64,000 nucleotides of DNA from Trichoplax adhaerens (Eukaryota; Animalia; Placozoa): the NCBI RefSeq assembly GCF_000150275.1, contig NW_002060947.1:4392335-4456334 (forward strand), read 5' to 3'. Below the pieces are notes generated by a model. That model saw nothing but the letters and a program-made list of their open reading frames with translations, was not told the origin of the DNA and did no database searches. Within the stretch, counting starts at the first letter, position 1. Every line of letters begins with the position of its first letter. The position numbers and the translations under genes are program-made. Below are positions 12,801 through 25,985 of the stretch, one piece after another.

Positions 12801-13592
12801 ACATTTAAAATCGATAACAAGAGATCCAACATAACATTATATTAATAGATTTCAATATACGATCAAATGATAGTTAGTTATTTTATAACATTTACGACTT
12901 AAGAAATAAGATTTCTATGAACTAGCTAAATTCGTAATATGCTAGCTGAAGACTTATATAACAATACTATAATATCATTTTACACGGTAACAGCAAATAT
13001 CTTTCCTATTAAGAGATACAATTGAATATTAATTCTAAATGAAGCAAAGAAAGTTAAGTAATATTAGCAGATAAAAATTTCTTCATCAATATGTTATAAA
13101 GTCGACAGGTATAGCTAATTGATGTACTTTAACAACGTTCTAGAACTGCAGTAAATTTCAGGTTTTAATACCATGTTGCATACAACTGAGTATCGAGAAC
13201 ATTAAACAACGTTATACAGAAATGCCAAAACAAAGTGTACATTACAACAGTAAGTATGTACAAGTTTAATATTAATCTAAGTTTAGATAAGAGTGTTTTC
13301 GTTGTATACAGTAGACAAAACTTGGACTGCAAATACAACAGTCTAAAGAATTAAAACAAGATCATAAGTAGCTTAATTTTCCTCGATACAGTTGACACAG
13401 TCACAAGTGAACGCGATCGAAGACGCTAAAGTAATCAAATAATAATTATTAGTGACTCTTGCTTCTTTTGCAGAGTCGTTAAATGGCACTTGTAAAGTGC
13501 AATTTGACTAAGTTCTAAAACGTGTACTACAAGTAGAACGTCCGATTTCAATTGAGTTTGAATACGACACAGACAAAATAAAAAAGTTATTT

Positions 13593-16500
13593 CTACAGTA
13601 TCGTACAACAGCCTCCTTCGTCGGTTTTCCCTTGGACTTTACCTAGAAGTAATATATAATGCGTGAGAATCCCAACACTAAATCAATTGACTTTTTGTAC
13701 TTTCCAATTATTACAGGGCAGGTTATAAACAGATTACGAGTCGATACAGTTAGTTTTTCTAACATATGGAGTACGCCAGAATTGATTAACTGATTAAGTC
13801 ACGTATTCTATCGCAAATGCTACCATCTACTGTAGCATGTTAAAATTGGATTTATACCTTGTGATGAAGGCTCTGGAATGTTTTCCCTCGCAACTAGATG
13901 CATAACAGTTGTTTTACCTGCCGGCAACCTCATTGCTGGATACCGTAAATAGGAAATGAACAATTTGAGTACGCATCGATTAATTGTAGAAACTTTACTG
14001 TTCAGCGAAAAACACATGTACTGTACAGTATTATAACTATGGAATGGCTATAAATGCATATAGGGGAAAAACTTTTTTTTAATACTTAGATAACATCAAT
14101 TACATAATTATCAGCTAGTGCTATTACCAAGCGATAAATGCCTGCTAGTACGGTAATAGTTATCAGAGTTGGATATAGTACGATTAAGTACAAAGTTAAT
14201 TATTTGTAATCCAGCTACTTTGAATAATAATATTTGTCCTATTGATTACCATGTTATTAACGTTTCTACATAACCGAAGTTACTTACAACTTAATATTGA
14301 TTCGTTTTGCAGAAATCTGCCTTGATAGATCAATCGCAACTTGCTGGAATTGTCGACAGCTTCGTCTTCCCATTCTATAAATATAATTTATTTTTAAGTT
14401 AACGACCAACGGCAAGAGTTATAATCATGTTAGCTATAGTAGACAATGGAGATTACAGACTGTATTACAGTAATTTATCCTCTATGGTCTTGTTAGCAAG
14501 GAGTTACTTGGTTGAAAGACCGTAATATTACTGAGCATTTGTAGAACATTACTCCAAAAATTGGTATTATCCACTGTTAAGCGGGCATACAAAAACTATT
14601 GAATAAATTGGTTTGAACCATGTTGGTGCTTTTTTTCAATATCTAATTGTAGAGTCTAATATCTTCGTGGAGAAGGCTGCAGTGTGCAGTACAGTATAAT
14701 ATGTTCATCTTATCTGTTTACCATCTAAATACTGTACCTTATCCTATGAGTTATCATGTTTTTACGTGCTACTACGGAGATTTTGACTAGTTTCACTATT
14801 GTAGGTATTTATTGAGGATTTTTACCTGGTGGCCAATTATTGAAAACGTGCTGTGTTATGTCTCCAGCAGCAGTTTCCGGAAGAAATAAGAATTCGTGCG
14901 TTTTACCGGTCACCAAAATTAATTTTAGGTTTATCTGTTAAGAATAGAGAGGTATAAGAAAAGCAAGAATCAAATTTGATATTCAAAAGAATGGCAGTAC
15001 GCTTCTGACTTTGTTAAAATTTTTTCTATCTATAAGAAATTACATCAGCAGAGTGATTGCAAAGTCAGTACGAATATTCGATTGCGTAGTAACATTAAAG
15101 ATTTCCATGAATAGCCTGATCAGATTTCGTCTATTCTAATTTCATTTTAAAAGTAGGTTATAGCATCAAGCGGAAAAGGTTACACCTCTATACAGAATAG
15201 GGTTAATATTATACAGTAAGTACATTCAGTGCTCCATGAGCAATGGATTATGTACTGTGTCTGGGATTTGGGCTTAAGTTAGCATTTGTAATTTGTGGAG
15301 TTTATTGGTTATAAGCTCTTTGGACAAGGAGAATATTGCTTGATAAAATGCATGGAGATTTTTTATCTCTATTAAATAAGACTTGGATAATTAACGCTTC
15401 GTCAGTCCAACCAAATGATCAATTCTTATGATTGATCGTAACATAATGTTGGTTAATATACAGTAATAGCAGTTTATCAGAATGATCCATTCAGCCCACT
15501 GTGCAGCGTGTACAGTTTACGTGGTTAGTAACATGGTCAACCATCGAGGGTAGAAAGTTAAAATGAACTATGCACCAAACAAGGTAGACCAACTTTGCTT
15601 GGTGATATTTGTTTTGCAATGTAGAGCCAAAACATTGAATACCATCTAGTACAAAAGTGGCAAGATAGTAACCGGTGTTTTTACCACTACTTTTAAAAAA
15701 TACTGTACGTATTTATCATGATCAGGATGATGTTATTTTGGCTGGAATTGAATGAGTGGAAAGTTGGTTTTACTGATGATCGGTATAGCAGTTTGTTGGT
15801 TTTCAATTCACTCTTTCATCTTGTCTATATAGTATTTTTAATATTAAATACGACAGGACTTTGTTGGGTGGTCTGATGTTTTAAAAAGGCAATGTCCGCA
15901 TACCTCCTGTACGATATTCGAATTCATTTTTGATCTTGCTGTACTGTATTGAACGTACAGTCGATCAAGACCAGAGGCATGTTGATTATCAATTGGATGA
16001 ATTTACGACTTTAGGAAAGAGTACGCCAATAGTTTTGATGATGATTGCCCTGGTTAACCAGGGTCGTCTACACTTCTTCGATCGTTGTTTGTTAAGAATT
16101 TTTTTTTTTATTGCCTACAAGAAGTGATGCTCGATGAAACATTTCATCTAGTAAATAGGAATGTACGTGTGTGCGATCTAGCGCAGAGTGTGATAGCGTC
16201 TGGGGGTTTTGAACATTGCACTGTCATAATGCTTGTCAAAGCAGGGTTTTTACTTAGATAGTAGAGTCCAACTCTACTAAATCATGGCCATAGTCCTGGC
16301 ATGGATTAGTCATTTATTAGTAATCCACACTACAGTATAGGTGTATCCATTAGCTGATCAACTTTCTTGTTGTTAACATAATGTAGTACTGTATTCAAGT
16401 CATGACCGGGTAACAATGTAGGAATTTATAAATTAAATGAGAGAGATTATATATTCTAAAGAGTAAATACATCTACAGTACAGTAGTCGATCGTAGTCGG

Positions 16501-18014
16501 GCAATCTGTATATGGTAAATAGATTCCATCCAAATGGATCTCATTGACAGAGTCTTGTAGGTTAGCGTGATCTCATTGGAGGCTTGAAAACGAAGTAGGT
16601 TTTATTAGAATGTGTATTTATTTTGGGTTATGGCAAAAAGAAAGTCCAGTCCAGTCCAGTCGATGGTAATCCAATAATGAAAGGCATGAAAACGAAATGA
16701 GATAAATAAAATTAATAAACAGTTGGTCCCGACAGGAAGTGTGGAAATGCGACACCCGACATCTCTTTAATGATGCATTTATTGACTGTATTATGAGTAC
16801 TTGAGTGGTGGAACAGGGTATCCTTCATGTTGAGTAAGTGGATAACGAAAAGAGTATTGGACTGTTAGCGTCTTGGTCAATCTATATCCGCGTAGTTCCT
16901 CTTGAGTTAAGGTTGGCAGTCTTTGTTCAAGACATGATCAAGAATGAATTTTATCAAGTTGGTGGTCGACTACCACGGTAGAAAGGATCAGTCTTCCCGT
17001 CTATGCTGTCCTTTATTCCATACATGGATGTCTACTATTCATTTTACCCTGGACTCCATGCAGTACACTCTACAGTAGAAGCGGGGGGACAAAGTGAATT
17101 TAACATGAAGTAGGAAGATTGTCTCATGTCAAGAAAAAAAGAAATTGACTTTTCTACCATCAAGCATACTCTAGTAGTTGGTGGTTTTTTACGTTTGTTG
17201 CAAAAGAAATAACTGCAAATAGCTAGGAATCGATTGATCGATCAAAGCGATGGATTTTTTTTTGTTATTGAAGGGATCATTTGATGGACTGTTGAAAGAT
17301 CCAACAGTCTTGGTGGTTGCATTTTCCACTACTGGTAGAGTCGTGCCAGCGATGAACACGCCAAAAAATGATACGGGTCGAATAGACCGGTGTATCGAGC
17401 GTTGATTCAGTATGTTAAATTGTTCATATTGTCGGGCGATTAAATGGATCTTTATTATCGGCCATCGACTAAAAATAGCCAAGGACGTATTTTATGAATG
17501 GCTACAAAATTGCAAAAGGTAGACAGTACTTGTTGATGATGTTGGCAGCCTGGCACGGGATAGTCACTGTATTGCAGTAGTAGTAGTAGGATACCTTGCA
17601 ATTTCTGTTGTTATGAATAGAGTATGGCCATTTCCTTGTCTTGCATTGCAGTCCATTAGTATTGGCAAATGCAACATGGCCTACTTGAGAACTCCATGTT
17701 GACGTTTACAAAACTGCATGAAAAGACAGTGGTGAAAAAGTGTGTATGGACTAGTAGGCTACACCCAACACTACAGTAAGATGGCTCAAATAACAGCAGT
17801 ACCGGTCAGCGTTGTTGCGATAGAATTGGATAGGACAAATTGGGGTAGAAAGGAAAAATACACCTTGACTGCAAAACCAAGTTCTACTCCAAATTCATGG
17901 AACTAACAATACATGCATGACATGATATACTGGAAGGGATCAAAATGAAAAAGGATTGAAGGCAAAGAAATAGATCAAATGGTTTACCTTGTCCGGTGGG
18001 ATCGTCGCAGGCAT
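13593..18014 (-). CDS. UBL3: Ubiquitin-like protein 3 (membrane-anchored ubiquitin fold, MUB), 5 coding exons, 116 aa
   Basis: Exons 18014-17988, 14934-14826, 14374-14288, 13935-13858 and 13642-13593, all GT-AG and in phase. Spliced product: MPATIPPDK|INLKLILVTGKTHEFLFLPETAAGDITQHVFNNWPP|EWEDEAVDNSSKLRLIYQGRFLQNESILS|SMRLPAGKTTVMHLVARENIPEPSSQ|GKVQGKTDEGGCCTIL*. This matches UBL3 (LRLIYQGRFL, GKTTVMHLVARE, CCxxL CAAX end). Confidence 0.95.
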
Positions 18015-18295
18015 AACGGGAATCGACCTTGGTGTCGAACGGCAGTTGAATGCAATGAACGACTTGCTGGGAAAAATAGCAGCAAAGCGGTGCTTCAAAG
18101 TATCCTTCAATTGATGTATTTGTTGTCGAAGAGTGTCAAGGCAGCAAGTGCGCCCGTACAACAGATTTTTAATGTTGTAATAACGTTTTAATTCCACAAA
18201 ATACTTGATTAAAACTGCTTTGAAAAAAAACCCAGCATAGAGATGAGTGACGATGAAGTCGAAAAGGATGGCAGGGTCGTCACTTGAAACAGTGT

Positions 18296-19230
18296 CCAGT
18301 CCAGTACAGTACTGTGTACTGTATGGAAAATACTGTAGTATTACAGTACAGCAGACAAAGTACTGTAACACTACAGTACACCGTACTGTGCACTGTACTG
18401 TACGGTATCTGAACTGTCTGTCTATCGTTGTGCCGATACAGTACTACTGTGCACTATACTGTACACCATAGTACAGTGCTGTAAGAAAATTCGCACTGAC
18501 CTGAATTTTCTTACAGTGTACAGTACAGTAAGTACAGTGCAGGACAGTACTGTAGACTACTGTGTATTATACTGTACAGTACAGTGCAATAGGTGACCTG
18601 TCTATCGTTGTGCCGATACAGTACTACTGTACACTATACTGTACAGTATAGTACAGTGCTGTAAGAAAATTCGCACTGACCTGAATTTTCTTACAGTGTA
18701 CAGTACGTACAGTGCAAGACTGTACTGTAGACTACTGTGTACTGTATTGAATAGTGGACTGTACAGTGTACAGTACAGTAGCTGACCTGTCTATCGTTGT
18801 GCCGATACAGTGTACAGTGCTGTAAGAAAATTCGCACCGACCTGAATTTTCTTACGGTGTACAGTACAGTACGTACAGTACAGTACCGTACTGTAAGCTA
18901 CAGTGTATGATACTGTACTAGACGTGGTTCACAAGTACTGTACACTGTACACTGTACAGTACAATAAAGTAGCTGACCTGTCTATCATTGTGCCGATACA
19001 GTCAGTGCTACTGTACGCTATACTGTACTGTACTGTATAGCACAGTGCTGTAAGAAAATTCGCACTGATCTAAATTTTCTTACAGTGTACAGTACTAGAC
19101 GTGGTTCACAAGTACAGTACAGTACTGTATTGTACTGTACCATTAATATTTGATGATTACAGTAAAGTACTGTACAGTGTACAGTACTGTACTGTACTGT
19201 ACTGTACTGTACTGTACTGTACTGTACTGT
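18296..19230. repeat. CAGTA/TACTG-rich composite repeat with four ~170-200 bp units carrying two hairpins each, ending in a perfect (GTACT)~9 run
   Basis: CTGTCTATCGTTGTGCCGATACAG at ~18418, 18598, 18787 and 18978. CTGTAAGAAAATTC-N10-GAATTTTCTTACAG at 18479, 18659, 18820 and 19048 (the last two with one mismatch). Pentamer run at 19184-19230. Lies between the divergent UBL3 and ALKBH8 genes. Confidence 0.93.
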
Positions 19231-19270
19231 CTTAACGTCAACTGTAATTCAAGTGACATGGAATATCTTC

Positions 19271-19280
19271 ATGACGTCAT
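19271..19280. promoter_or_regulatory. CRE palindrome (ATGACGTCAT) upstream of ALKBH8
   Basis: Perfect TGACGTCA core ~340 bp upstream of the ALKBH8 ATG; identical 10-mer to the one upstream of RAB9. Confidence 0.35.
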
Positions 19281-19620
19281 GCAGCACCTGGATCTTGGAC
19301 TGACAGAGTGACAGTACGGTCCTCAAATGCTTCGCTGGTAGAACAACTGTACCAGTACACGACAGACCCTGTATGAACTACGGTGGCTCACAAAGCCACC
19401 GTAATGAACTGTACAGTATACAGTACTGTAATCAGGTCTATACTGTACAGTACACAGCTCGATAGGTTACCATGGAACGGATCCAGACTCGTCCACACGG
19501 CGATCCATCATCAACATCAAATGCGAGATTCAACTTTGCAACACTGCAGCAAATGGAAATCATAATACTTCGAATCGACTAGCCTTTGATTCAAAGTATT
19601 CGTAATAAGTAGTCATCAAA

Positions 19621-22600
19621 ATGGATTGCAATGTGCAAAACAATGAAAGGATAAAGTTAAACAAGGCACAGAAGAAAGCACTACGAAAACAGCAACGTGC
19701 CAAGCGAATCCTTGATCGACATAATGTTTTGAATGAGTTTAAAGTCAGTGATCAACCTTCTAGGCATTTACTCATCAGCAATGGAGGATTGGGTTGTGGT
19801 ATAACTCGAACAATCTTAACATCGGTGTTTGGCCGATATGGACAAATTACTAATATCATCATGTTACCTGATAAACCGTTCTCTGTCTTGTCTTATCAAA
19901 CAGTAACCGATGCAAAGCAAGCATATGATAATATCCATGCCATTGAATTGATCGCCTTTTGTGATACCGATGTCAAGTACTTGGTAAAATCGGGTATTAA
20001 GGCGTTTATTCTCAATTACTTGGAAGATTATTTTTGCGAAACCAATAAAGACTCTAACTTAGGCTATCCTGAAGGATTGTTATTAATTCAAAATTATGTC
20101 AGTGAGCAAGAAGAAGATGAATTATTGCAAAGTATAGGTTGGTACACCAATCACGGTCAAGCTTCTCATGATACTCATCCGTGTCAAACCGTGCAATCCG
20201 ATCGGGAATCAATGCAGCGACGCCTTAAGCATCGTCATGTAAAACACTATGGCTACGAATTTCGATATGATACAAATACAGTGGATAAAGATAAACCCTT
20301 ACATGCCACAATACCAAGTAAATGTAGATATATCTGTCAACGTATGACAGACGACGGTTATATCCAACATCAACCTGATCAACTAACAGTGAATGAATAC
20401 ATGCCTGGCCAAGGTATTTGCCAATAGCGATACTGTAGTTGTTTCGTTAAGTGGACAGCTGATAATAATAATATAATATACAATGATACAATAAATTTAT
20501 GTATGTGCTGAGCAGGGATACCCCCTCATATTGATACTCATTCTGCGTTCCAAGACCAGATCGTTTCACTATCGCTGCTGTCTCAGGTACCCATAATTAG
20601 GATATGTTCTAATTATTCTTCATAACCATATTATTTTACTTCCATTCACCAATTGACCATATTAGTAGAGTAGCCACTGACGTCCTCAATGATTACTGCA
20701 AAAATATTAGATTGTGATGGACTTTCGGCATCCGGATGGAACTCGAATATCGATTAATTTGCCTAGACGCAGCCTATTGGTGATGTCAGGCGAATGTAGG
20801 TACTTATGGAGCCATGGGTAAGAAGAATTCCTTTGTTCATTTGATGATAGAAAGAGCCTTGCATCACATACTATTTCATACGATAATTCTACAAATTTCT
20901 CAAGCCTAAGCTGAAAATCAATAGGACACGTTCATGTAACATAATGCTGTTTGCTATTGGAAATATTGATTTAGAATTACACCTCGAAAATATGATGTGG
21001 TTTGTGATGACAATGACAACAATAGCAACATAACATTATTGGAGAGATCCCGAAGGGTTTCGTTTACTTTTCGAAAAATTAGACATTCTCCTTGTAATTG
21101 TAGTAAGTAATGGGCTATTCGCTCTATTCTATATTTCGACCTTTGATCTGTAGGGTTGTTAAGTATCTTCGAGAGTTATAAGTATAGTTTTTATTGGTAC
21201 GTTATTTTCCAATATAATACTAACTTTGGACGTCAATTACGATAGAGTATCCTAATTCGTGTGACACACAGCTAAATCTCCTTTCAAAGTAAGTATAATA
21301 CAATTTTAATTTTCATTCATTGCAATTTCAACTTATAAGAGGAGAAACTGTCTTTTTATGAATTGATTGATTCATTGTAATACCTACCGGGTAGAGCTGA
21401 AGTAAATTGCAATCCATGTACTGATAAAGAAGCCGCAAGCTTAGAACGTGAATATGTATATAATGTCAGTACAATCAATAATAATTCGAGGGGTTTATTA
21501 ATAGGCATGATTGTTATACGCAACTTTTGTATTAGGCAGTGAATAATAAGTATTAGAGGTTAATCCGGATAATTATATTTAAAAATATATTCTTATAGAT
21601 ATATGACAATATTGCGGATCATTTTAGCGGGACTCGACATTCCCCTTGGCCAGTGATTGCCAACTTTCTTACTAGTCTACCTGAAGGATCTATGGTATTA
21701 GATATCGGTAATGTTATATAACTTTGAAGCAATTCTGTCAATTTGTTGTATTAGGCAGGAACAATACAATTATTATATATATAATATAGTAATTATTTGT
21801 GTCGGATCCGATCTGGTACTATCAAGCCACTGCATAGGAATGCGTATAGTGTGGCTAATGGAAAACAGTAAATCCAAGAGTAATAACAATTTTTGTTCTT
21901 TAACCCTTTTTCTTAGGTTGTGGTAATGGTAAATACATGAATGTCAACAAATCTTTGTATATGGTGAGTACAATATATTAAAATGAATTCAGTAAACTGT
22001 ATAGCAACTACAGGAAAATAGTGTATAAATATTCTATGTTTTTTACTATTATACAAGTGTGTAGTAATATACTACTAGAAGTTGTGTTGTGTAGGTCAAG
22101 GTTTACAATCAACAGACCGATAATTTATAGTAGATATTAATTGAATATAAATTGAAGTTTAAAAATTGGAGTAATTAATCGTACATGAACTTTGACACTA
22201 TCGAATTAATACTACTTATAATATTAGGTTGGATGCGATCGCAGTAGCGGCCTAGTATCTATTTGCGGGTAATATTATTAGTCTTTCCGTAAAAAGCCTT
22301 GAAAAATTTTTATTTTTTGAATTTTCCTACAAATGTAATGTAAATTAGTGTGATCTGTATACTATAGATTACTTTACTTATATCTCTCTTAAAATTAATT
22401 TAGGGAAAGAGGTTTTGAGGTCATCCTTTGTGATATTTTGAATTTGCCCTTTCAGTCTCAGGCATTTGATGCTTGCATTTGTATAGCCGTCATTCACCAT
22501 TTATCAACAACGGTAAGAGAAGGATTAAGTATCTCCCTCAAATTGGATTACCAATACTCTATCTTCTCTTTAGAAAAGAAGAATTGAAGCATTAAAAGAA

Positions 22601-23124
22601 TGTATTAGAATATTAAGACGCGATGGTGTAGCGTTAGTATATGTGTGGGCTTTGGAGCAAGATCAGAGAAATATTGATAAAGAAAAAATGAAACATAATA
22701 CTTCTGCTAATTTATCGACGGACGGTAAGTACTTTTTATTTTAGAGTAGATCAATTTCTTATAGTAATCCATTCATGAGGATAATTTATGTATAAAATCA
22801 ATGATTAAATCTTCGCTATTTATATCAATTTAAGGGGTATTGACTAATCGAGAAGCAGATACCGGCGTGCGTAAGTTCAAGCTTAGACATTTCGAAAAAC
22901 AAGACCTTTTAGTGCCGTGGCATTATAACAATCGTCATAATAAGAAATTTGAAAATGTGGCAAATAATTCAGCTTCAAATCAAACTCTCTATCATCGTTA
23001 CTATCACGTCTTTATGGAATCTGAATTGATATCGATGTGCAAGGCAATAAATAATGTTACTATTCGTGAGAGCTTTTATGATCGTGGAAACTGGTGTGTG
23101 ATCTTGAACAAAATTTCTGATTAA
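19621..23124 (+). CDS. ALKBH8: AlkB homolog 8, tRNA U34 carboxymethyluridine methyltransferase/dioxygenase (multi-exon)
   Basis: Exon 1 (19621-20413) has an RRM ([11 protein letters not shown]...KPFS) and the AlkB start ([29 protein letters not shown]). Later exons give [85 protein letters not shown] and [12 protein letters not shown]. Domain order is RRM-AlkB-Trm9-like methyltransferase. Confidence 0.96.
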
Positions 23125-24006
23125 AAAAGCATATACGTGATTTTCTGTCAATGATAATTAATATACGAAATTACCTTTAATTGTAAAAGAGCTAAAGCAG
23201 GCTTAAATTTTGATCTCGTAGGTTACAAAAAATTGTGCATATTACGTTGTAGTAACACTGACATATCTATACACTACTTGTATGATATTAATATTGAGCG
23301 ATGTTGTTGTTCTGGCCTCATGCTATAAGTGTTACTGCATGACTATCCGTCTTGGAAAACGTCAAAAAATTTATTACAGTGGAAATTAAGATGCGAATCT
23401 AGAATCATGAACGAGTGAAGGTTTTATTTTTCTTCGTAATAATTTTAGATGTGAACTATTTATTGTGAGCAATACCGATCTGTAATTATAAAGGAATAAT
23501 AGCCTGTAACTTATTATTGCTATTGCTAATTTTCTATTGCAACTTGGTATTCTTATTTTGAAGTAGATAGCAATACAGACGTTCCAAATTCCATCTATGT
23601 TGTGTTACGTCAGTAAGAAAGTGTTTACTTTGACCAGAATTTATAGTACGCTATTTTTAAATGTACCAGCATTTGCTCGGACATGAATTGATCAGAGATA
23701 TAAAAACTTTATTACTAGTCAGCTTTGGTTGCTGTATATATACACATCTTATTATACATTGCATCCATTAAGTTGATAAGAATCATAATAAAATTGATCA
23801 TTCCTTATAGGTACTAGAAAGCTGCAATAGCGTAGATTTGATATAATACTAAGGCAAGATTGCATATACACAAAGGAAGCATGACGAACACGTAATAATG
23901 CAAGCATGCTGATACCATAGAACAGATTATAGTTATCTTCGAATATAGAAGAGTTTTACCCCAGGCACCGAAATTTCTTTAGAACTGAGATCCTAGCTTG
24001 TTCACG

Positions 24007-25985
24007 TTAATTGATTAGTTTTGTAGAAGCAATAAAACAGCGAAGTTCTGCCAATCCCTTTCTTCGTTTCGCGCTGAAGAGATATAAATACAGTAATTTG
24101 AGTGTTAACTGTCTAATCTGATAAAATATATTTTCAAGGAATTACTAATGATTTTCGACCATCATTTGTATGATCAAATAAAATAATGGTAGAAATCGCA
24201 GATTATGTTAACAACAGTGCTCACAATTTGAGAGAGCAACTGTTATCTCTAGATATGGATACCTTTGTCACAATACGGACAGTCTATTTACCTGACAGGG
24301 AAAACTTGAGGTAAGCAGCAGTTTGTTTTATGAACAATCTCATAGACATCACTTAATAGCCTTAACATATTTCCTCTAGTAACACAGTCCACCTTCGTTA
24401 AAACGATCTGCAATAAAAATCCATTAATGGAGAGAAAATTGCGCGTTCAGCGAATCTGCCCCTATTATGGTATATTCTAACAGTAATCCAGTATAGGGGG
24501 CCTTCACAATATTTCAACATCACTATAACTTAAGCCTCAGTAGTAAATACTAACTGTTTTAATGACAATTTAAATGTCAGCTTACTTGATAGGACAAGCC
24601 ATAATCTTCCATGACTGCTAAAGCTTCCAGGTCGTTACTTTTGAAGCCATGACGTGAATCAATTAGTAAGCAAGAATTACGGAGTCTATGGTAAATCACC
24701 AGAAGCAAAAAATAGAAAATCAGAAGTTGGAGCAAGTATTTAAATGTACACTAATACGCTAGATAGATTTGATAACTGCAGTAAGGCTATATACTGTAGG
24801 AGTAAGTGGTTGAGATGCAATATAGGAATGGTAAATTATCATTCTAAACACAGCATCGAAGTTAACGAGGATGCATTCTTGGATGGCAGTAATATTATAA
24901 GATCTTTACGTAATTGAAAGCTTACCTAGTACGGTTTACTGTGTAACGTTGTACTAGCTCTTCAAAATACTTAGGGCTTCTATAACCATAACCAGGCGTG
25001 TCAACCAGGAATAGCTTGTTGGCAATGCTGTAAAAATTAAGTAATCTTGTGTGTCCCTAAAAGTAAACGAACAAAAGGTTAGGTTGGAGAGAGCCTTTAA
25101 ACCTCCGGTTCAAAGTTAGCGTATCTTACTGGTTTCTTGGAGGTTCTAGCGAACCTGTTGCCTCCACATGCTATCGCATTGATTAACGTGGATTTACCAG
25201 CATTACTACGTCCAATAAAGGCAATCTAATCCTCATTCATAGATTAATGACAATGCAAACATTATGAACCAGCTTAATACTCGTTATTTTGCATAAGCAA
25301 TAATTAATTATCGAGCAATTACTTGAGATTAGATAGGAGTTTACATCAGATGTATCTTACAATTTAATGCCAGCTAGTTCGCATAATAAAGCGATAAAGT
25401 GGAGCATACTAGCTGCAGCTACAGTATACTGAATACATGTACTGCAAATATGAGTATCATCTTACGCAGTAGACGAATACTAAACTACAACTGTAAGTGC
25501 GTATACTCTCATACATTATACCTAACGTTAGTTTTCAGCTTACCTCTGGTAGTGCATAAGGCAACTAAGCTACAATTGTAAGTGCGTATAGTCTTGTACA
25601 TTATACCAAAGGCTAGCTTTCAACTTACCTCTGGTAGTGTATACGGCAATCTATCCAATTGTTCGAATTCCATAACAGAAGTAACGAATTTATTATTTCC
25701 TTTTGTAAATAAGTTTTGTGCTTTAGTTAGTTCTTTTTGATTTGGCTCAAAGATAATAGGATAGCCCTCTAATAGATACGAATAAGAGTGCTTTGGATTA
25801 ACATCTCTTTCACGAAAAGCATAGGACGAAGACCAACGGTATATCCATGGCAGATGTAATCGACGATCTAATCTATTGTTTAGATGATTTAGTTTATTAA
25901 TAGTACTAGAAAAGGTTGATATTATCCTTTTAGTATTTCTAAAACTAAAGGGGGAGATGTAGATTGGCATACTCAGACATAACAT
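24007..25985 (-). CDS. GTPBP8: GTP-binding protein 8 (EngB/YihA-family GTPase, probably mitochondrial), 6 exons
   Basis: Exons 25985-25629, 25225-25130, 25056-24926, 24685-24586, 24407-24292 and 24073-24007. Motifs LPE|IAFIGRSNAGKSTLIN, TSKKP|GHTRLLNF, LVDTPGYG, LLIDSRHG, IVLTKVD and VSA....GL.ELRCFIA. The basic N-terminus resembles a mitochondrial presequence. Confidence 0.93.
25480..25649. repeat. 85-bp tandem duplication spanning the GTPBP8 exon 1 donor site
   Basis: CTTACCTCTGGTAGTG occurs at 25539 and 25624, and TGTAAGTGCGTATA occurs in both copies; period 85 bp. Confidence 0.9.

Noticed and set aside
17940-18371. 143-aa minus-strand ORF as an independent gene
   Set aside because: It overlaps the CAGTA repeat and the UBL3 5' region; only MPATIPPDK (18014-17988) is supported, as UBL3 exon 1.
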